From: an uncultured bacterium
GTDB taxonomy: Bacteria; Patescibacteriota; Minisyncoccia; UBA6257; 2-01-FULL-56-20
DNA: 64,000 bases
Assembly: GCA_963747905.1 (NCBI GenBank)
Contig: CAVVHF010000018.1
Location: 1,135-65,134 of the forward strand
Direction: 5' to 3'
Shown here: piece by piece, positions 49,187 to 62,393 of the stretch
How positions within the stretch are numbered: position 1 is the first letter of the stretch
Layout: each line of letters begins with the position of its first letter
Translations under genes and position numbers: made by a program
Notes under the pieces: model-generated
Database searches by the model: none
What the model was told of the DNA's origin: nothing
The model's input: the letters and a program-made list of their open reading frames with translations, nothing else

Positions 49187-49268
49187 GAATTATATTATAG
49201 CCCGAATACACAGACATTGCCCAAAAGATACTTTTGTGCTATATTGATTTCAGCGAAAGGACTGGCCC

Positions 49269-49544
49269 GTGCCAATAAAAAGACGAAAGAAGACGCCGAC
49301 GGTGGCCGAAGTCGCCATCCAAGAGACCTCCGGCATCTATTCCGCGCGCCGACCCGATTTCCTGGGAGCCCGGGAAGCCGCGTTGGACCACGTCGGGCTC
49401 GAACCATTCACCACCACGAGAAACGAAATCCGCAGCAAAGTTTCTCGGAATGGAGCTCACTGCAGTAATGCGGTCCAGCGGAAAAAGAAAAGAATCAAGT
49501 TCTTCAACGAACATCATGGGGATCTCTTCCCACCCGCCGCCTAG
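49269..49544 (+). CDS. basic hypothetical protein
   Basis: TTGCCC-N17-TATATT promoter, AAGGA SD, hairpin with T-run at end. Confidence 0.45.
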   Translation: MPIKRRKKTPTVAEVAIQETSGIYSARRPDFLGAREAALDHVGLEPFTTTRNEIRSKVSRNGAHCSNAVQRKKKRIKFFNEHHGDLFPPAA

Positions 49545-49563
49545 CAAATGCCGGGCGGATTTT

Positions 49564-50073
49564 TTATCCGATTGCGTCCTCATTATCCTTGCGCTGTTTA
49601 TGTAAAATAACTTCCCCCGGAGAAAATGCCAAGTTATCCACCTTCATGGCGATGAGCGGCAGGCCACGCGCGCTCCCCTTCAATAGCTGCCCCTCCGCAG
49701 TCATATCAACTATCTTATCCGGAACAAAAGTGCCTTCGTCCTTAATTTGGGCCGTCGCCTCATCTTTGGTAAAACGGAAAAACACTCGGACTTGCTTCAT
49801 CTTATTTTCCCCTATCTCTTGCGCGGCTCTTATTCGTTCCGTAAAATCATTTTCTCCATCGCTTTTATTGATATTCAAATTTCCATGCACGATAGCATTC
49901 ATCATCGCCTCCCTCACGGCATCCGCAAACGCCCCCCTCTGATCTTCCGGCCATCCGAGTTCCTTTAATTTATCCTCCGTAATCGATACCGCTACGTCGA
50001 TATTTTCGAGGCTGTTATCCCATGAAAATTCCTCCTCGTAGACCTCGTTCTGTTCTCTTCCTTCGAACTTCAT
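49564..50073 (-). CDS. RsbW-like anti-sigma/HATPase protein
   Basis: EAMMNAIVHGN, IKDEG, RGL. Confidence 0.8.
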   Translation of the reverse strand: MKFEGREQNEVYEEEFSWDNSLENIDVAVSITEDKLKELGWPEDQRGAFADAVREAMMNAIVHGNLNINKSDGENDFTERIRAAQEIGENKMKQVRVFFRFTKDEATAQIKDEGTFVPDKIVDMTAEGQLLKGSARGLPLIAMKVDNLAFSPGEVILHKQRKDNEDAIG

Positions 50074-50083
50074 ATTTATTTTT

Positions 50084-50566
50084 TTATTTAAACCGTACCG
50101 GGATACTAAGAGACGCGGCGTTTTGCGGCAACCCCGACGGGTTATCTTTTGATAGCACCACAGTGCCGGTCGCGCCATACGGCGCGGCAAATTGCGCGAT
50201 CGCTGTGAACGGCACGGAGCTTGTAGATGTCCAATCTACCTGCGCGTGCGCGATGCCAGTGCCAAGCACCGTACCGTCACCATCGAGCACCTTTACCGGG
50301 AACGACGCCTCGAAGAACCATCCACCGCCAGTGACCGTTCCGATGATAGTGACTGGTGATGTGATCAGCGCGCCCGCTTGCGGAGCCGTCACCCCAACAT
50401 GACCGTCCGCGGACATGGTCGGCTGAAGAATCTTCGCACCGCTAACGTTGTCCGGCGGCAACTGCGGCGCCTTCGCGGGATTGTAGAAAAACAGCACCCC
50501 AAGTAAAACAATGATGATCACGGCAAATACGATGGCCAATGTTTTTAGGGCGGTCAACGCTTTCAT
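50084..50566 (-). CDS. Gmad2-type immunoglobulin-like domain protein
   Basis: TM, then SPV.I.G, WFFEASFPV, KDNPSGLP. Confidence 0.8.
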   Translation of the reverse strand: MKALTALKTLAIVFAVIIIVLLGVLFFYNPAKAPQLPPDNVSGAKILQPTMSADGHVGVTAPQAGALITSPVTIIGTVTGGGWFFEASFPVKVLDGDGTVLGTGIAHAQVDWTSTSSVPFTAIAQFAAPYGATGTVVLSKDNPSGLPQNAASLSIPVRFK

Positions 50567-50599
50567 GCCTCTATTATACCAAAAGGCGCGACCGCGGCG

Positions 50600-50875
50600 C
50601 TACTTGAGCGGCCACGCGCCTTCACGGCGCAGGATCGCTATTTTGCGGTGCGTGCCGCGCGCATATCCGCCCGACGTGCCATCGGAGCGGACCACGCGAT
50701 GGCACGGCACTTTTGCGGTATCCGGATTGTTGTGCATAATGCTCCCTACCGCACGATATGCGTTCAGCCGCTCGGCGCGGCGCGCGACCTCTTTGTAAGT
50801 CATCGTACTCCCGCGCGGGATCTTGGCGACGACAGCATAGACTTTTTGCGTGAAAGATAATGGATATTTTGGCAT
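50600..50875 (-). CDS. MGMT family protein (DNA-binding domain only)
   Basis: IPRG...TY, RAVG, PCHRVV. Confidence 0.9.
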   Translation of the reverse strand: MPKYPLSFTQKVYAVVAKIPRGSTMTYKEVARRAERLNAYRAVGSIMHNNPDTAKVPCHRVVRSDGTSGGYARGTHRKIAILRREGAWPLK

Positions 50876-50937
50876 ATAAGGCATTATAAAGAAAACGGGC
50901 CGGGAGCAAAAGCTTCCGGTCCGCACTGCAAAAATTC

Positions 50938-51387
50938 CTAACCCGCTATGGCGCCCACGAGCGCATCGTCTTTTTCAACCAAATAGCATGCGTCGAAATC
51001 AACGATGACGAGTACGACCTCTACCCACGGAAAACGTCCCCGAAGCACTACGCCGGCCTTGAGAAGCATATCCTCATAATAATCCAGGTCTTGCTGTCTG
51101 CCGCACGCGACACACTCGTTATGCATTCTGGCCCTGATCTTCATAAGGTCATGGGCAAAAAGTGCGATCTTCTCCAGCAGACATTCACGATCGCGGGGAT
51201 CTTTTGGGTCCACCAGGTCTTTGATACCCCCTGGAATTGTTATTGGTATCGCCTCGTCGTCGCCAACACATTCCCCGACCAAACCTCTCGAACCTTTTAT
51301 GCGGCGGTCGGAACAGCCGATATCAACGGTTGACACGGGATTGTGAACCCGTGGAAAATCACGTTCCAAGATTTTTCTGCGGCTCAT
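50938..51387 (-). CDS. beta-carbonic-anhydrase-like protein (divergent)
   Basis: CSDRR...PGG...HNEC; own promoter, SD and terminator. Confidence 0.55.
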   Translation of the reverse strand: MSRRKILERDFPRVHNPVSTVDIGCSDRRIKGSRGLVGECVGDDEAIPITIPGGIKDLVDPKDPRDRECLLEKIALFAHDLMKIRARMHNECVACGRQQDLDYYEDMLLKAGVVLRGRFPWVEVVLVIVDFDACYLVEKDDALVGAIAG

Positions 51388-51433
51388 CGTCGCTCCTGCG
51401 AGTTGATTATGTACCGAACGAGATTATACCACG

Positions 51434-51883
51434 TTACGCGATTGCATACAACCCATCAAAATCCGCGAAATAGGCATACACGGAAATTCCAGAACCATCT
51501 TGAAGTTCTTTCCTCACAAAATCCTGCGCCTGATGCAATTGTTTTACCAACTCCGCTTTTTCCGCTTCTGCATCGGCAAAGCTCTTTGAACCGCCGTACG
51601 CGCCGCAATCGCGATGCAACATGAGCACCACGCGCTTCGTGCCGTGAAGTCGCGCGGATGTTTTGATCTGGTTCAGCACGAAATCGTGGTCGGGCGATGC
51701 GCTTTCTACTGACGCGAGCGCCTTCGCGCCACCGGCGATCTTTACAAGGTCAATATGGGCAAATCCTTCCTGCTTGCCGAAGGCTTTTAATAATTTATAG
51801 AAGCGGTCATCGAAACACCATACGACGCACGCATCAGCGGTGTAATGTTCTTTTAAAGATTCAAATTTAACGAGTAGCTCCAT
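51434..51883 (-). CDS. beta-carbonic-anhydrase-like protein
   Basis: CFDDR...AGG...HRDCGAYGG. Confidence 0.72.
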   Translation of the reverse strand: MELLVKFESLKEHYTADACVVWCFDDRFYKLLKAFGKQEGFAHIDLVKIAGGAKALASVESASPDHDFVLNQIKTSARLHGTKRVVLMLHRDCGAYGGSKSFADAEAEKAELVKQLHQAQDFVRKELQDGSGISVYAYFADFDGLYAIA

Positions 51884-51898
51884 GATGATATTAAAAAA

Positions 51899-52147
51899 TT
51901 ATTGCGCTTCTTCCACTAAGATCTTTGCCTGACTACCCAAATCAACTTCCAAAAATCCGGAGCCGACGGGGATGAACACTTCTTTTCCTTCCCCATCCAC
52001 AATCGTCATTGTTCCTTTTTCCAAGATGGAGATGAGCGGCTCGTGATTGTCCAAGATGGTGATCTCGCCGGAGCGGGTATTGCAATTCACCGACTTCGCG
52101 TCGCCCTGGAACAATACTTTCTTCAATGAGTAGACGCCAAGTTTCAT
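51899..52147 (-). CDS. atpC: ATP synthase epsilon (N-terminal domain only)
   Basis: GEITILDNHEPLIS.L, SGFLEV; after atpD. Confidence 0.9.
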   Translation of the reverse strand: MKLGVYSLKKVLFQGDAKSVNCNTRSGEITILDNHEPLISILEKGTMTIVDGEGKEVFIPVGSGFLEVDLGSQAKILVEEAQ

Positions 52148-52162
52148 TTTTACGCCAAAAAA

Positions 52163-54519
<2,357 letters not shown>

Positions 54520-54537
54520 AGTATCGTTTATGTAAAA

Positions 54538-56064
54538 TTATTTTACAAGGAAATGCGAGATCGCTTCCTTCAATTTATTTTCGACGACTTCGTCAAACAA
54601 GCCCGTCTCGCGAATCGGTTTCAAGATATCCTCCTCGTGGAGTGTGGAAAGGTAATCGACGAGTTCGTTCTGCTTCTTTTTGACATCTTCCACCGCGATC
54701 GTCTCAAAATAATTATTGAGCACCGCGTAGAACACACACACCTGCTTTTCGATCGGCAACGGATCCTGATCATCCTGTTTGAGGATCTCGTTGATTTTCT
54801 GACCCTGTAAAATTTTCTTACGCGTCGCTTCATCCACGTCGGTGGCAAACTGCGCGAACGCCTGCAATTCGCGGAACTGCGCGTGCGCGAGCTTGAGCTT
54901 GCCCGCGACCTTCTTCATCGCCTTGGTCTGCGCAGCAGAACCAACGCGCGAAACCGAAATACCGACGTTCAGCGCCGGACGCTGGCCCTGGTTGAAGAGG
55001 TCGGTCTCGAGATAGATTTGGCCGTCCGTGATGGAGATGATGTTCGTCGGGATATATGCCGTCACGTCGCCGAGCTGGGTTTCCACGATCGGAAGCGCGG
55101 TCAAAGACCCCCCGCCAAGTTCTTTGGAAAGTTTTGCGGAGCGCTCCAGCAAACGGGAGTGCAAATAGAACACGTCGCCCGGATACGCTTCGCGTCCTGG
55201 CGGGCGCCGTAACAGCAAAGAGATCTGGCGATATGCCCATGCATGCTTGGAAAGATCATCGTAAACAATGAGCGCATCCATGCCTTTGTCGCGGAAGTAT
55301 TCGCCGATCGCGGTACCCGCGTACGGCGCAAGATACCACATCGCCGCTGGCGAGCCTGCCGATGCGGAAACGATGATGCTATATTTCAACGCGTCAAATT
55401 TTTTCAAAGTCTCCGCGATGCGCACTACTTTGGATTCTTTTTGTCCAATTGCCACGTAAATACAGATCGGCGTGCGGCGACCAGTATCGTTCTTTTGATT
55501 CAAAATGGCATCGAGTGCGACGGCGGTCTTGCCCGACTGGCGGTCACCGATGATAAGCTCGCGCTGTCCGCGGCCAATCGGGATTAAGGCATCAATGGCT
55601 TTGATGCCGGTGTGGAGTGGGGTATTCACCGACTCACGTTCCAAAATGCCGGGCGCGCGCGCTTCCAAAGAATTACGCTGAATTTTTACGCCGGGTTTAA
55701 AGATTGGTCCTAGTCCATCCTGCGGCTCACCTAATGGATCCACCACGCGGCCGATCAGATCGTCTCCCACCGGGATAGAAAGAATATCGCCGGTACGGCG
55801 CACGGTGTCGCCGACCGCGACGGAAAGAAAATCGCCGAGTACGAGGCCGCCGATGGATTCCTCCTCCAAGCTGAGCGCGAGCGCCGGACGTTCGCCATGC
55901 ACCGTTTCAATTATCAGAACTTCCTGACTCACGGCGTTGCGCAATCCTAAGATCTTTACAATACCGTCGCCAACCTCAATGACGCGGCCCACCTCAGCCC
56001 ATTCGGGTTTCTCTTTATATCCCTCGATATCCTTTTTTAATTTTTCGATTATTTCGTATGACAT
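54538..56064 (-). CDS. atpA: ATP synthase alpha
   Basis: [29 protein letters not shown]. Confidence 0.99.
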   Translation of the reverse strand: MSYEIIEKLKKDIEGYKEKPEWAEVGRVIEVGDGIVKILGLRNAVSQEVLIIETVHGERPALALSLEEESIGGLVLGDFLSVAVGDTVRRTGDILSIPVGDDLIGRVVDPLGEPQDGLGPIFKPGVKIQRNSLEARAPGILERESVNTPLHTGIKAIDALIPIGRGQRELIIGDRQSGKTAVALDAILNQKNDTGRRTPICIYVAIGQKESKVVRIAETLKKFDALKYSIIVSASAGSPAAMWYLAPYAGTAIGEYFRDKGMDALIVYDDLSKHAWAYRQISLLLRRPPGREAYPGDVFYLHSRLLERSAKLSKELGGGSLTALPIVETQLGDVTAYIPTNIISITDGQIYLETDLFNQGQRPALNVGISVSRVGSAAQTKAMKKVAGKLKLAHAQFRELQAFAQFATDVDEATRKKILQGQKINEILKQDDQDPLPIEKQVCVFYAVLNNYFETIAVEDVKKKQNELVDYLSTLHEEDILKPIRETGLFDEVVENKLKEAISHFLVK

Positions 56065-56091
56065 ATGATATGTGAATTGGCGGCGATGGCG

Positions 56092-56475
56092 CTACGCGCT
56101 TCCCAGCACCCCGTTCAATTTGTTCTTTAGCGACCCGTCGAACTGCATCTCGTCGTTCAGGATGATCTTGATCCCTGCAATGAGATCGGGGTCGATCCGC
56201 TCCTCCACCATGTCGCCCGGCTTTACGAAGTGCGCAATCAGGGCCTTCTGCGACGGAATGAGCGCGCGGGCCGACTCAACCGTCACCTTCCGCACGCCAC
56301 TCTTGCCGCGCGCGAACCGTGACGCTTCCTCGAGGATCTTCCGTAAGTACCGCTCATCGCCATTCTTGCGCACGAGCGCAAGAAAATTCTTTGCGAACTC
56401 GTCGTCGGTCTTTTTGCCGGGCCCGGAAAGCACTTCTACGAGCGCCTTGGCGTACACGTGCGGTGCGTACTTCAT
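56092..56475 (-). CDS. atpH: ATP synthase delta (short)
   Basis: YAKAL, V.SA, DPDLIAG, DGSL; operon position. Confidence 0.88.
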   Translation of the reverse strand: MKYAPHVYAKALVEVLSGPGKKTDDEFAKNFLALVRKNGDERYLRKILEEASRFARGKSGVRKVTVESARALIPSQKALIAHFVKPGDMVEERIDPDLIAGIKIILNDEMQFDGSLKNKLNGVLGSA

Positions 56476-56975
56476 ACGGCGTGCGCGGCGTCGCCGACCG
56501 CTTTTGCGATTAGCGCGTCATCGATCTTTTCCGGCGAGAGTTCGACCGTTCTCACAATGGCGGCACGCACAAGTCCCGCCGCTTCTTTCTCCAACGCGCG
56601 GCGCGAATCTTCCTCTTGTGAGCGCAACCGCATGGCGGCGCTTCGTACCGCTTCTTCCTCGTGGCGCTTTGCCTCGGCAAGAAGTTTTTCTTCTAATGTC
56701 TTCGCCTCCGACTCCGTCCGCTTCAAAATATTGATCGCCTCATGTTCCGCATCTTTGATCTTTCCCGCCCCGATGACATCCACCTCCTGGAGACGACGCT
56801 CGGCCTCGTCGGCCATCGCCAATCCCCTTTCGATCCGCGAGCGACGATCATGCAACAGCTTTAACACCGGCTTATACACAAAAATACGCAGTATGATCAG
56901 GAGCAATGCAAAATTGACCGCCTGACTGAGCAGGAGCTCCCAATTGATGCCAAGATTATCCAACAGTTGCTGCAT
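56472..56975 (-). CDS. atpF: ATP synthase b
   Basis: QAVNF, YKPV...L..R...I, coiled coil. Confidence 0.92.
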   Translation of the reverse strand: MQQLLDNLGINWELLLSQAVNFALLLIILRIFVYKPVLKLLHDRRSRIERGLAMADEAERRLQEVDVIGAGKIKDAEHEAINILKRTESEAKTLEEKLLAEAKRHEEEAVRSAAMRLRSQEEDSRRALEKEAAGLVRAAIVRTVELSPEKIDDALIAKAVGDAAHAV

Positions 56976-57009
56976 GATTATTTTTTGCGCGAGAGCGCGA
57001 ACCAAGTTA

Positions 57010-57237
57010 TTACACGAACTTTATAATGAGAGCGATAACAAGCGCGTAAATGGCGACGGCCTCCGCGAACGCGATGGCGAGAATTGCCATCGTCTGCACT
57101 TTGGACGACGCTTCCGGATTCCTTCCAATTGCCTCCACCGACTTCGAGCCGATCCAACCAATCGCGAGCCCGGGACCGAGTGTACCCAATCCCATCACGA
57201 ACGCGGTGGCGAGAAGCCGCATACTATTAACATCCAT
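57010..57237 (-). CDS. atpE: ATP synthase c (probably H+-type)
   Basis: GRNPE loop, FAEAVAIY; lacks Gln and E-S/T Na+ signature. Confidence 0.96.
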   Translation of the reverse strand: MDVNSMRLLATAFVMGLGTLGPGLAIGWIGSKSVEAIGRNPEASSKVQTMAILAIAFAEAVAIYALVIALIIKFV

Positions 57238-57299
57238 AATGATTATTTAATAAAATATAATTTTAATGATTTCTTTCCACGACCTTTCCCTTCGCGACA

Positions 57300-58046
57300 C
57301 TAGTGACCCGCCTCCTCGCCTTCGTGAGGAGTGATCGCTAAGGCAACGAATACCAATGTAAGCATCCCGAAGATGAACGCCTGGATAAAACCCACAAACA
57401 CCTCAAGAAACATGAATGGCAGCGGAACGAGATATGGCACAAGGAGCGCCATGATGGCAAGCAGAACCTCGCCCGCGAACACGTTGCCGAAAAGACGGAA
57501 CGTGAACGAGATAATTCTAGCAAATTCTGAGAGAAGCTCAAGTATGCCGACGAAAAACTTGATCGGGCTCGAAAAATTGAAAAAGACGGAAATACGGTCG
57601 CGCAATCCCACAATAGAAACCGCGAACACGTTGATCATCGTGACCGCAATGAGCGCAAGCGCGAGTGTAAGGTTGAGATCGCTCGCCGGCGATCGTAAAA
57701 GTGGCACCGCATTCGCACCCTGACCGATCGTCACCGATCCCACGCCGGGGATGAGCCCGGACCAGTTAGAGATCAAGATAAAGATGAAAATAGTGAAGAT
57801 TAGCGGAAAATATTTTTCCGATTCCTTGCGGTTTCCCAACACCGAATCCATCAGGCCAAGCGCGCCTTCGAGCATCACTTCGATAACATTTTGGAACATG
57901 CCGGGAATCATCTTGAGCTTATTCCTAAGCGTGACGGCAATGATAGCAAGAAATACCAACACCAGAAATGCCAGTAAGAGGGCGTTCGTTACTGGCAACG
58001 ATCCGATATGAAAAATGTTTTCAGCGCTGAGAGAGATATTCAACAT
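57300..58046 (-). CDS. atpB: ATP synthase a
   Basis: SFTFRLFGNVFAGE, FIQAFIF. Confidence 0.96.
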   Translation of the reverse strand: MLNISLSAENIFHIGSLPVTNALLLAFLVLVFLAIIAVTLRNKLKMIPGMFQNVIEVMLEGALGLMDSVLGNRKESEKYFPLIFTIFIFILISNWSGLIPGVGSVTIGQGANAVPLLRSPASDLNLTLALALIAVTMINVFAVSIVGLRDRISVFFNFSSPIKFFVGILELLSEFARIISFTFRLFGNVFAGEVLLAIMALLVPYLVPLPFMFLEVFVGFIQAFIFGMLTLVFVALAITPHEGEEAGH

Positions 58047-58100
58047 AATACCCCGCAATAATAACAAAATATTGGCGATTTTACCAGCTCTGCGGTTATG

Positions 58101-59072
58101 CTATTCCGCTAAACACGCATTAAATGCGGTCACCTGGGTGTCGTACGTGTCGACGGCAGTCTTGGTCTCGGCAGCGAGGGCGTTATATTGCGCGGCGAGA
58201 TTATTGTAATCCTCCACCTGCGCATTGTACGCAGGGCCGGATTGCGGGGACATCGCGTCAATGGCGGCTTTGTCGGCGGTGAGTTCCACGGACGTGGAGC
58301 TGATCTGCTGCTCGGAAAGATTGATGCTGTTTTCTAAATTCGCATCCGGCGCGGTGCAATCCGATGACGGCCTGCCGAAGATCTGTACCGCAAGCCATGT
58401 CTCCTGTCCTTCAAACATCCCTTCGCGCACGACGACCCCGATCTGCGTGTAGTGCGTGTCCAAAATGTTTGCGCGGTGGCCGGGGCTATTCATCCACGCG
58501 GTGACGACACCAGCGTCGCCGGCATAATTGCCAAGCGCAAGATTCTCGCCGAGCGCAAGATGTGTGTATCCGACACTTGACGCCACGGTGATTGCGCTCT
58601 CCCCTTGTGGTCCAACATGCGCGAAATATTGCTGCGTGAACATATCGTCAAGGCGCAGCGTGGCAATGTCATCGAGCGTCGCGTTCTCCGCGAGTGGCGG
58701 CAGATTGCCATTCGCAGCGCGCTGGTCGTTCGTCTCGGCGATCACGCCCGCGACCGTCAACGCATTTGTTTTCTTTGGCGCAACCTTCGTTGCCTGCTGT
58801 ATCGGCGGCGGCTGGGAAAACCCAGACTGGCTGCTGGTGGGCGCAGGAGCGGCAGGATTCTCGAACGACTCAAGGCTCTGCAACGGCAAAGAAAGAGATT
58901 TCTGGAAATACCACAAAGCGCCGACGGCGATGATTACTACGCCGGCGATAATGACCAGTCGCCGTCGCGCCTTTTTTTTGCGCAATACAGCAGGCACGTC
59001 GTGCGAAGGCGGCGTCGGTGTGTCCATCACCGGAGGCGATGGCGGCATATCTTGTGGGTTGATGTCGTTCAA
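58101..59072 (-). CDS. membrane-anchored CAP-domain protein with C-terminal coiled coil
   Basis: YFAH, GENLA, WMNSPGHRANIL. Confidence 0.9.
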   Translation of the reverse strand: MNDINPQDMPPSPPVMDTPTPPSHDVPAVLRKKKARRRLVIIAGVVIIAVGALWYFQKSLSLPLQSLESFENPAAPAPTSSQSGFSQPPPIQQATKVAPKKTNALTVAGVIAETNDQRAANGNLPPLAENATLDDIATLRLDDMFTQQYFAHVGPQGESAITVASSVGYTHLALGENLALGNYAGDAGVVTAWMNSPGHRANILDTHYTQIGVVVREGMFEGQETWLAVQIFGRPSSDCTAPDANLENSINLSEQQISSTSVELTADKAAIDAMSPQSGPAYNAQVEDYNNLAAQYNALAAETKTAVDTYDTQVTAFNACLAE

Positions 59073-59074
59073 AG

Positions 59075-59983
59075 CTAGTTCTTCAAATAACGGCGCACTG
59101 CCCAGAAACTGGAGAGTCCTCCAATCACCACGCCGAATAAAAGTTCATAGATAAAAAGCTGGAGGATATGCGTATAGAAATACTGGAAGATGTTCAGCCC
59201 CGGGATGAACTCATTCAGATAGGGCGAGACGAAATAGAGCACGGGCGCAAACACGATGAGACTGACCAGTGCCGCGATCAATCCCCACAACATCCCCTCC
59301 ACCACGAACGGCCCGCGTACCAAGCTGTTTGAAGCGCCCACCACGCGCATCACGCCAATCTCCTCGCGATTGGCATAGATGGCAAGGCGGATCGTGTTGA
59401 ACATCACGAGCCCCGCCACGAGCGCGAGGAAAATAGTCACGATCCATCCCCCGAGGTTGACGTCGCGCACGATCGCCGCGAGGCGATTGATCACATCCTG
59501 GTTCTGCGCGTAGCTGATTGTGTCAATGTATTGGGAAAGGTCGGGTGAACTCAGGTAATTGTTAATGGCGCCGTACTCGCTCGGGTCCTTTGCCGTGACA
59601 TTGAGCGATGCCTCGAGCGGATTTGTGTCGAGCTCGTTCACGGCCTGGCTGACCGTCGGATCGCTCGCATGATTTTGTTGGAACGTGGCGAGTGCCTGAT
59701 CCTGCGAAATGTAATTCACACTTGCCACCTGTGAGAGCCCTTCGAGCGATTGCTGGATGTTCAAGATCTCATCCTCTGACGTGTTGGTATTAAAATAAAC
59801 ACTGATGTCAATCTTGCTTTGGATAGCGTTCGCCGCCGCGTGCGTGATGACGCCGAACATAATAAGCCCCAAAAATCCGATTGACGCGAGCGTCATGATG
59901 GCGACCGTCGCCGTGGACAGCCAACCGTTGCGCCAGAAGTTCTTGAGGCCGAAATGGAATATGCGCGAGATGATGGTGAACAT
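59075..59983 (-). CDS. ftsX: cell division permease FtsX
   Basis: NPLEASL, NTIRLAI, EI.VMRVVGA, GPFVVEG. Confidence 0.93.
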   Translation of the reverse strand: MFTIISRIFHFGLKNFWRNGWLSTATVAIMTLASIGFLGLIMFGVITHAAANAIQSKIDISVYFNTNTSEDEILNIQQSLEGLSQVASVNYISQDQALATFQQNHASDPTVSQAVNELDTNPLEASLNVTAKDPSEYGAINNYLSSPDLSQYIDTISYAQNQDVINRLAAIVRDVNLGGWIVTIFLALVAGLVMFNTIRLAIYANREEIGVMRVVGASNSLVRGPFVVEGMLWGLIAALVSLIVFAPVLYFVSPYLNEFIPGLNIFQYFYTHILQLFIYELLFGVVIGGLSSFWAVRRYLKN

Positions 59984-60666
59984 TATACTAAAATATATTT
60001 TCCTTTCTGTTCGTCGCGGATGAGGCGGCCCTTATCCAATGTTATCACTCTTTTCTCGAGGCTGTTAATGACCTCCTTATCATGTGTGGCGAGAACCACG
60101 GTGGTGCCCAGCTGGTTGATTTTCTCGAGCAATTTGATAATTTCAAAGGTATGGAATGGGTCGAGATTGCCCGTCGGTTCGTCGGCAATCACGACCTCCG
60201 GCCGGTGGATCATCGCGCGCGCAATCGCGACGCGCTGGCGTTCACCGCCTGAAAGTTCGTTCGGAAAATTCTTCATCTTATCCCCCAACCCTACCATATC
60301 AAGCACCTGCGGAACGAGTTCCGCGATCTCCCGCTGCGGCCGCCCGGCGACTTCAAGCGCAAATGCCACATTTTCGTACGCCGTTTTGGTGGGCAGTAGG
60401 CGGAAATCCTGGAACACGACGCCTATGTGCCGACGGAACGCCGGCAGTTCATTATCCTCCAATTTATTCACTTCATATTGCCCAAAAAAAACGCGACCCT
60501 TGGACGGTTTCTCCTCTCCGATCAATAACTTTATAACAGTGGACTTTCCCGCGCCGGAACGACCTGCCAGAGAAACAAATTCTCCGGGGTCAATTTCAAA
60601 ATTCACATCCTCAAGCGCGACCCCATGGCCCGTGTAATGTTTGGAAACTCCTTGAAAAACAATCAC
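59983..60666 (-). CDS. ftsE: cell division ATP-binding protein FtsE
   Basis: GRSGAGKST, VFQDFRLL, LSGGE, ADEPTGNLDP. Confidence 0.95.
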   Translation of the reverse strand: MIVFQGVSKHYTGHGVALEDVNFEIDPGEFVSLAGRSGAGKSTVIKLLIGEEKPSKGRVFFGQYEVNKLEDNELPAFRRHIGVVFQDFRLLPTKTAYENVAFALEVAGRPQREIAELVPQVLDMVGLGDKMKNFPNELSGGERQRVAIARAMIHRPEVVIADEPTGNLDPFHTFEIIKLLEKINQLGTTVVLATHDKEVINSLEKRVITLDKGRLIRDEQKGKYILV

Positions 60667-60829
60667 GTAGTTAATGATACACTATTTTCCAAAAATAATC
60701 ACTGCTGGGGGATATTAAATTATTTTCCTTTCTAATTTACTTACGCGGAGATCGAGATCTGCAATATCCGCACGAGTACGAAGCTCCTTGCTGTTAATTT
60801 CCTAAAGTTAAAAACTTTTTAACAAATTT

Positions 60830-61894
60830 TTAATCCTTTTTTGCAGACGATTTTTGCTCAAGCATAGCTTCTATGAACATATCAATATTCCCCGCCAGCA
60901 CGTCATCCACGCGCGAGGTCTCGGCATTGGTGCGATGGTCCTTCACCATCTGATACGGGTTCAACACGTATGAACGGATCTGATTCCCCCACTCCGGCTT
61001 CACCTTGGTACGCAACGCGCCGACCTCTTCCACTTTTTCCTGCTCCATTAATTGGAACAACCGCGCCTTCAAAATCTTAAGCGCCTGCTCGCGATTTTGC
61101 TGCTGTGAGCGCTGGGCGCGCGAGCTGATCGCAATACCCGTCGGGATGTGTACGATACGCACGGCGGTTTCCACTTTGTTCACATTCTGGCCCCCCGGTC
61201 CGCCGGCGCGAGAAAACTCGAATTTCAAATCGCTCTCCGGAATCTGCAATTTTGATTCATCGAGCACGGGCAGGTCAGGCACGACCTCCACGAGCGCAAA
61301 AGATGTCTCGCGCGAGTGCTTTGCGTTGAATGGCGAAATACGCACAAGGCGATGCACGCCCTGCTCGTTCTTTACATAGCCGTATACGTACGCGCCGCTT
61401 ATCTCAATAGTGTATGAGCGCGGATTATCATCCACCACACGCACCTTCCAGCCACGCTCGCGCGCGTAGCCCTCATACATCACGCCGAGCATCCGCGCCC
61501 AGTCTTCCGCATCCTCGCCGCCTGCGCCCGGATAGATTGCAAGCACGGCCGATTGCTTGTCGTAGTGGCCGATGAAGAGCTGTGTTAATTCAAACTCGCG
61601 GAATTTTCGCTTGATCTCATGAAAATTATTTTCGTCGAATTGCCTTTTGACCGCATCAATGCCCGCACGAACATCTTCATATTTTACGACAACATCATTC
61701 AACTCGCCAAGCTCGCGGATCTTTGCATCAGCGTTTTGCCGGTCGTTCCAAAAGCCGGTGGAGGACATTTCCGCTTCAAGTTCCGCAATCCGTTTTTGTT
61801 TCGCCGCGAGGTCAAGGCGCTCGCCCAGTTGGCGAGCTTCAGTGTCCAATTCGTTGAGTGCTTCTGTATAATCCATAGATGAAGAATGTGACAT
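60830..61894 (-). CDS. prfB: peptide chain release factor 2 (single frame)
   Basis: [27 protein letters not shown]. Confidence 0.95.
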   Translation of the reverse strand: MSHSSSMDYTEALNELDTEARQLGERLDLAAKQKRIAELEAEMSSTGFWNDRQNADAKIRELGELNDVVVKYEDVRAGIDAVKRQFDENNFHEIKRKFREFELTQLFIGHYDKQSAVLAIYPGAGGEDAEDWARMLGVMYEGYARERGWKVRVVDDNPRSYTIEISGAYVYGYVKNEQGVHRLVRISPFNAKHSRETSFALVEVVPDLPVLDESKLQIPESDLKFEFSRAGGPGGQNVNKVETAVRIVHIPTGIAISSRAQRSQQQNREQALKILKARLFQLMEQEKVEEVGALRTKVKPEWGNQIRSYVLNPYQMVKDHRTNAETSRVDDVLAGNIDMFIEAMLEQKSSAKKD

Positions 61895-61896
61895 AA

Positions 61897-62154
61897 CTAT
61901 TTTTCGTCCTCAATGCGGACAAACCTTGGTCCGGGGCCATCCACGTCCCGAGGAAGAGGACGCTCATAGCGCAATCCATCCGCATCGACATATATTCCAT
62001 CACCGACGCTGGTGAGGTCTTTTTTATATTGCTGCTTTCCATTTTCACGCTCACCATCAAAACATAACGCCCCGGCGATCTTTGCGCCTTTTTCATCAAA
62101 ATTAAACTCCATCTGCGGCACCTCTTGAGGTTGTCCCGATAGTTCTTGCCTCAT
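61897..62154 (-). CDS. small hypothetical protein
   Basis: TATAAT 6 nt before ATG; stop 2 nt before prfB. Confidence 0.55.
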   Translation of the reverse strand: MRQELSGQPQEVPQMEFNFDEKGAKIAGALCFDGERENGKQQYKKDLTSVGDGIYVDADGLRYERPLPRDVDGPGPRFVRIEDEK

Positions 62155-62205
62155 ACCACTATTATATATAATACATTCTTTTAGATTCTCACTCGTCCCT
62201 ATCTG

Positions 62206-62278
62206 AGCCACCTCCCGGATTCGAACCGGGGACCTTTGCTTTACGAAAGCACTGCTCTACCAACTGAGCTAAGGTGGC
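62206..62278 (-). tRNA. tRNA-Thr(CGT)
   Basis: GCCACCT acceptor, TT-CGT-AA loop, GGTTCGAATCC. Confidence 0.95.
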
Positions 62279-62393
62279 ACCTTACCGACACCGGCGCGAC
62301 GCGCGGTACCGCTACCTCAGGAAAATATAGCGAAAATAATGAGATTGTGCAACCGATAAGCGAGCAGCGAAAAGGAGTAGTAAGGGTGCGACG

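Noticed and set aside
60715-60801. Minus-strand peptide EINSKELRTRADIADLDLRVSKLERKII
   Set aside because: No start codon and too short to call; at most a gene remnant.
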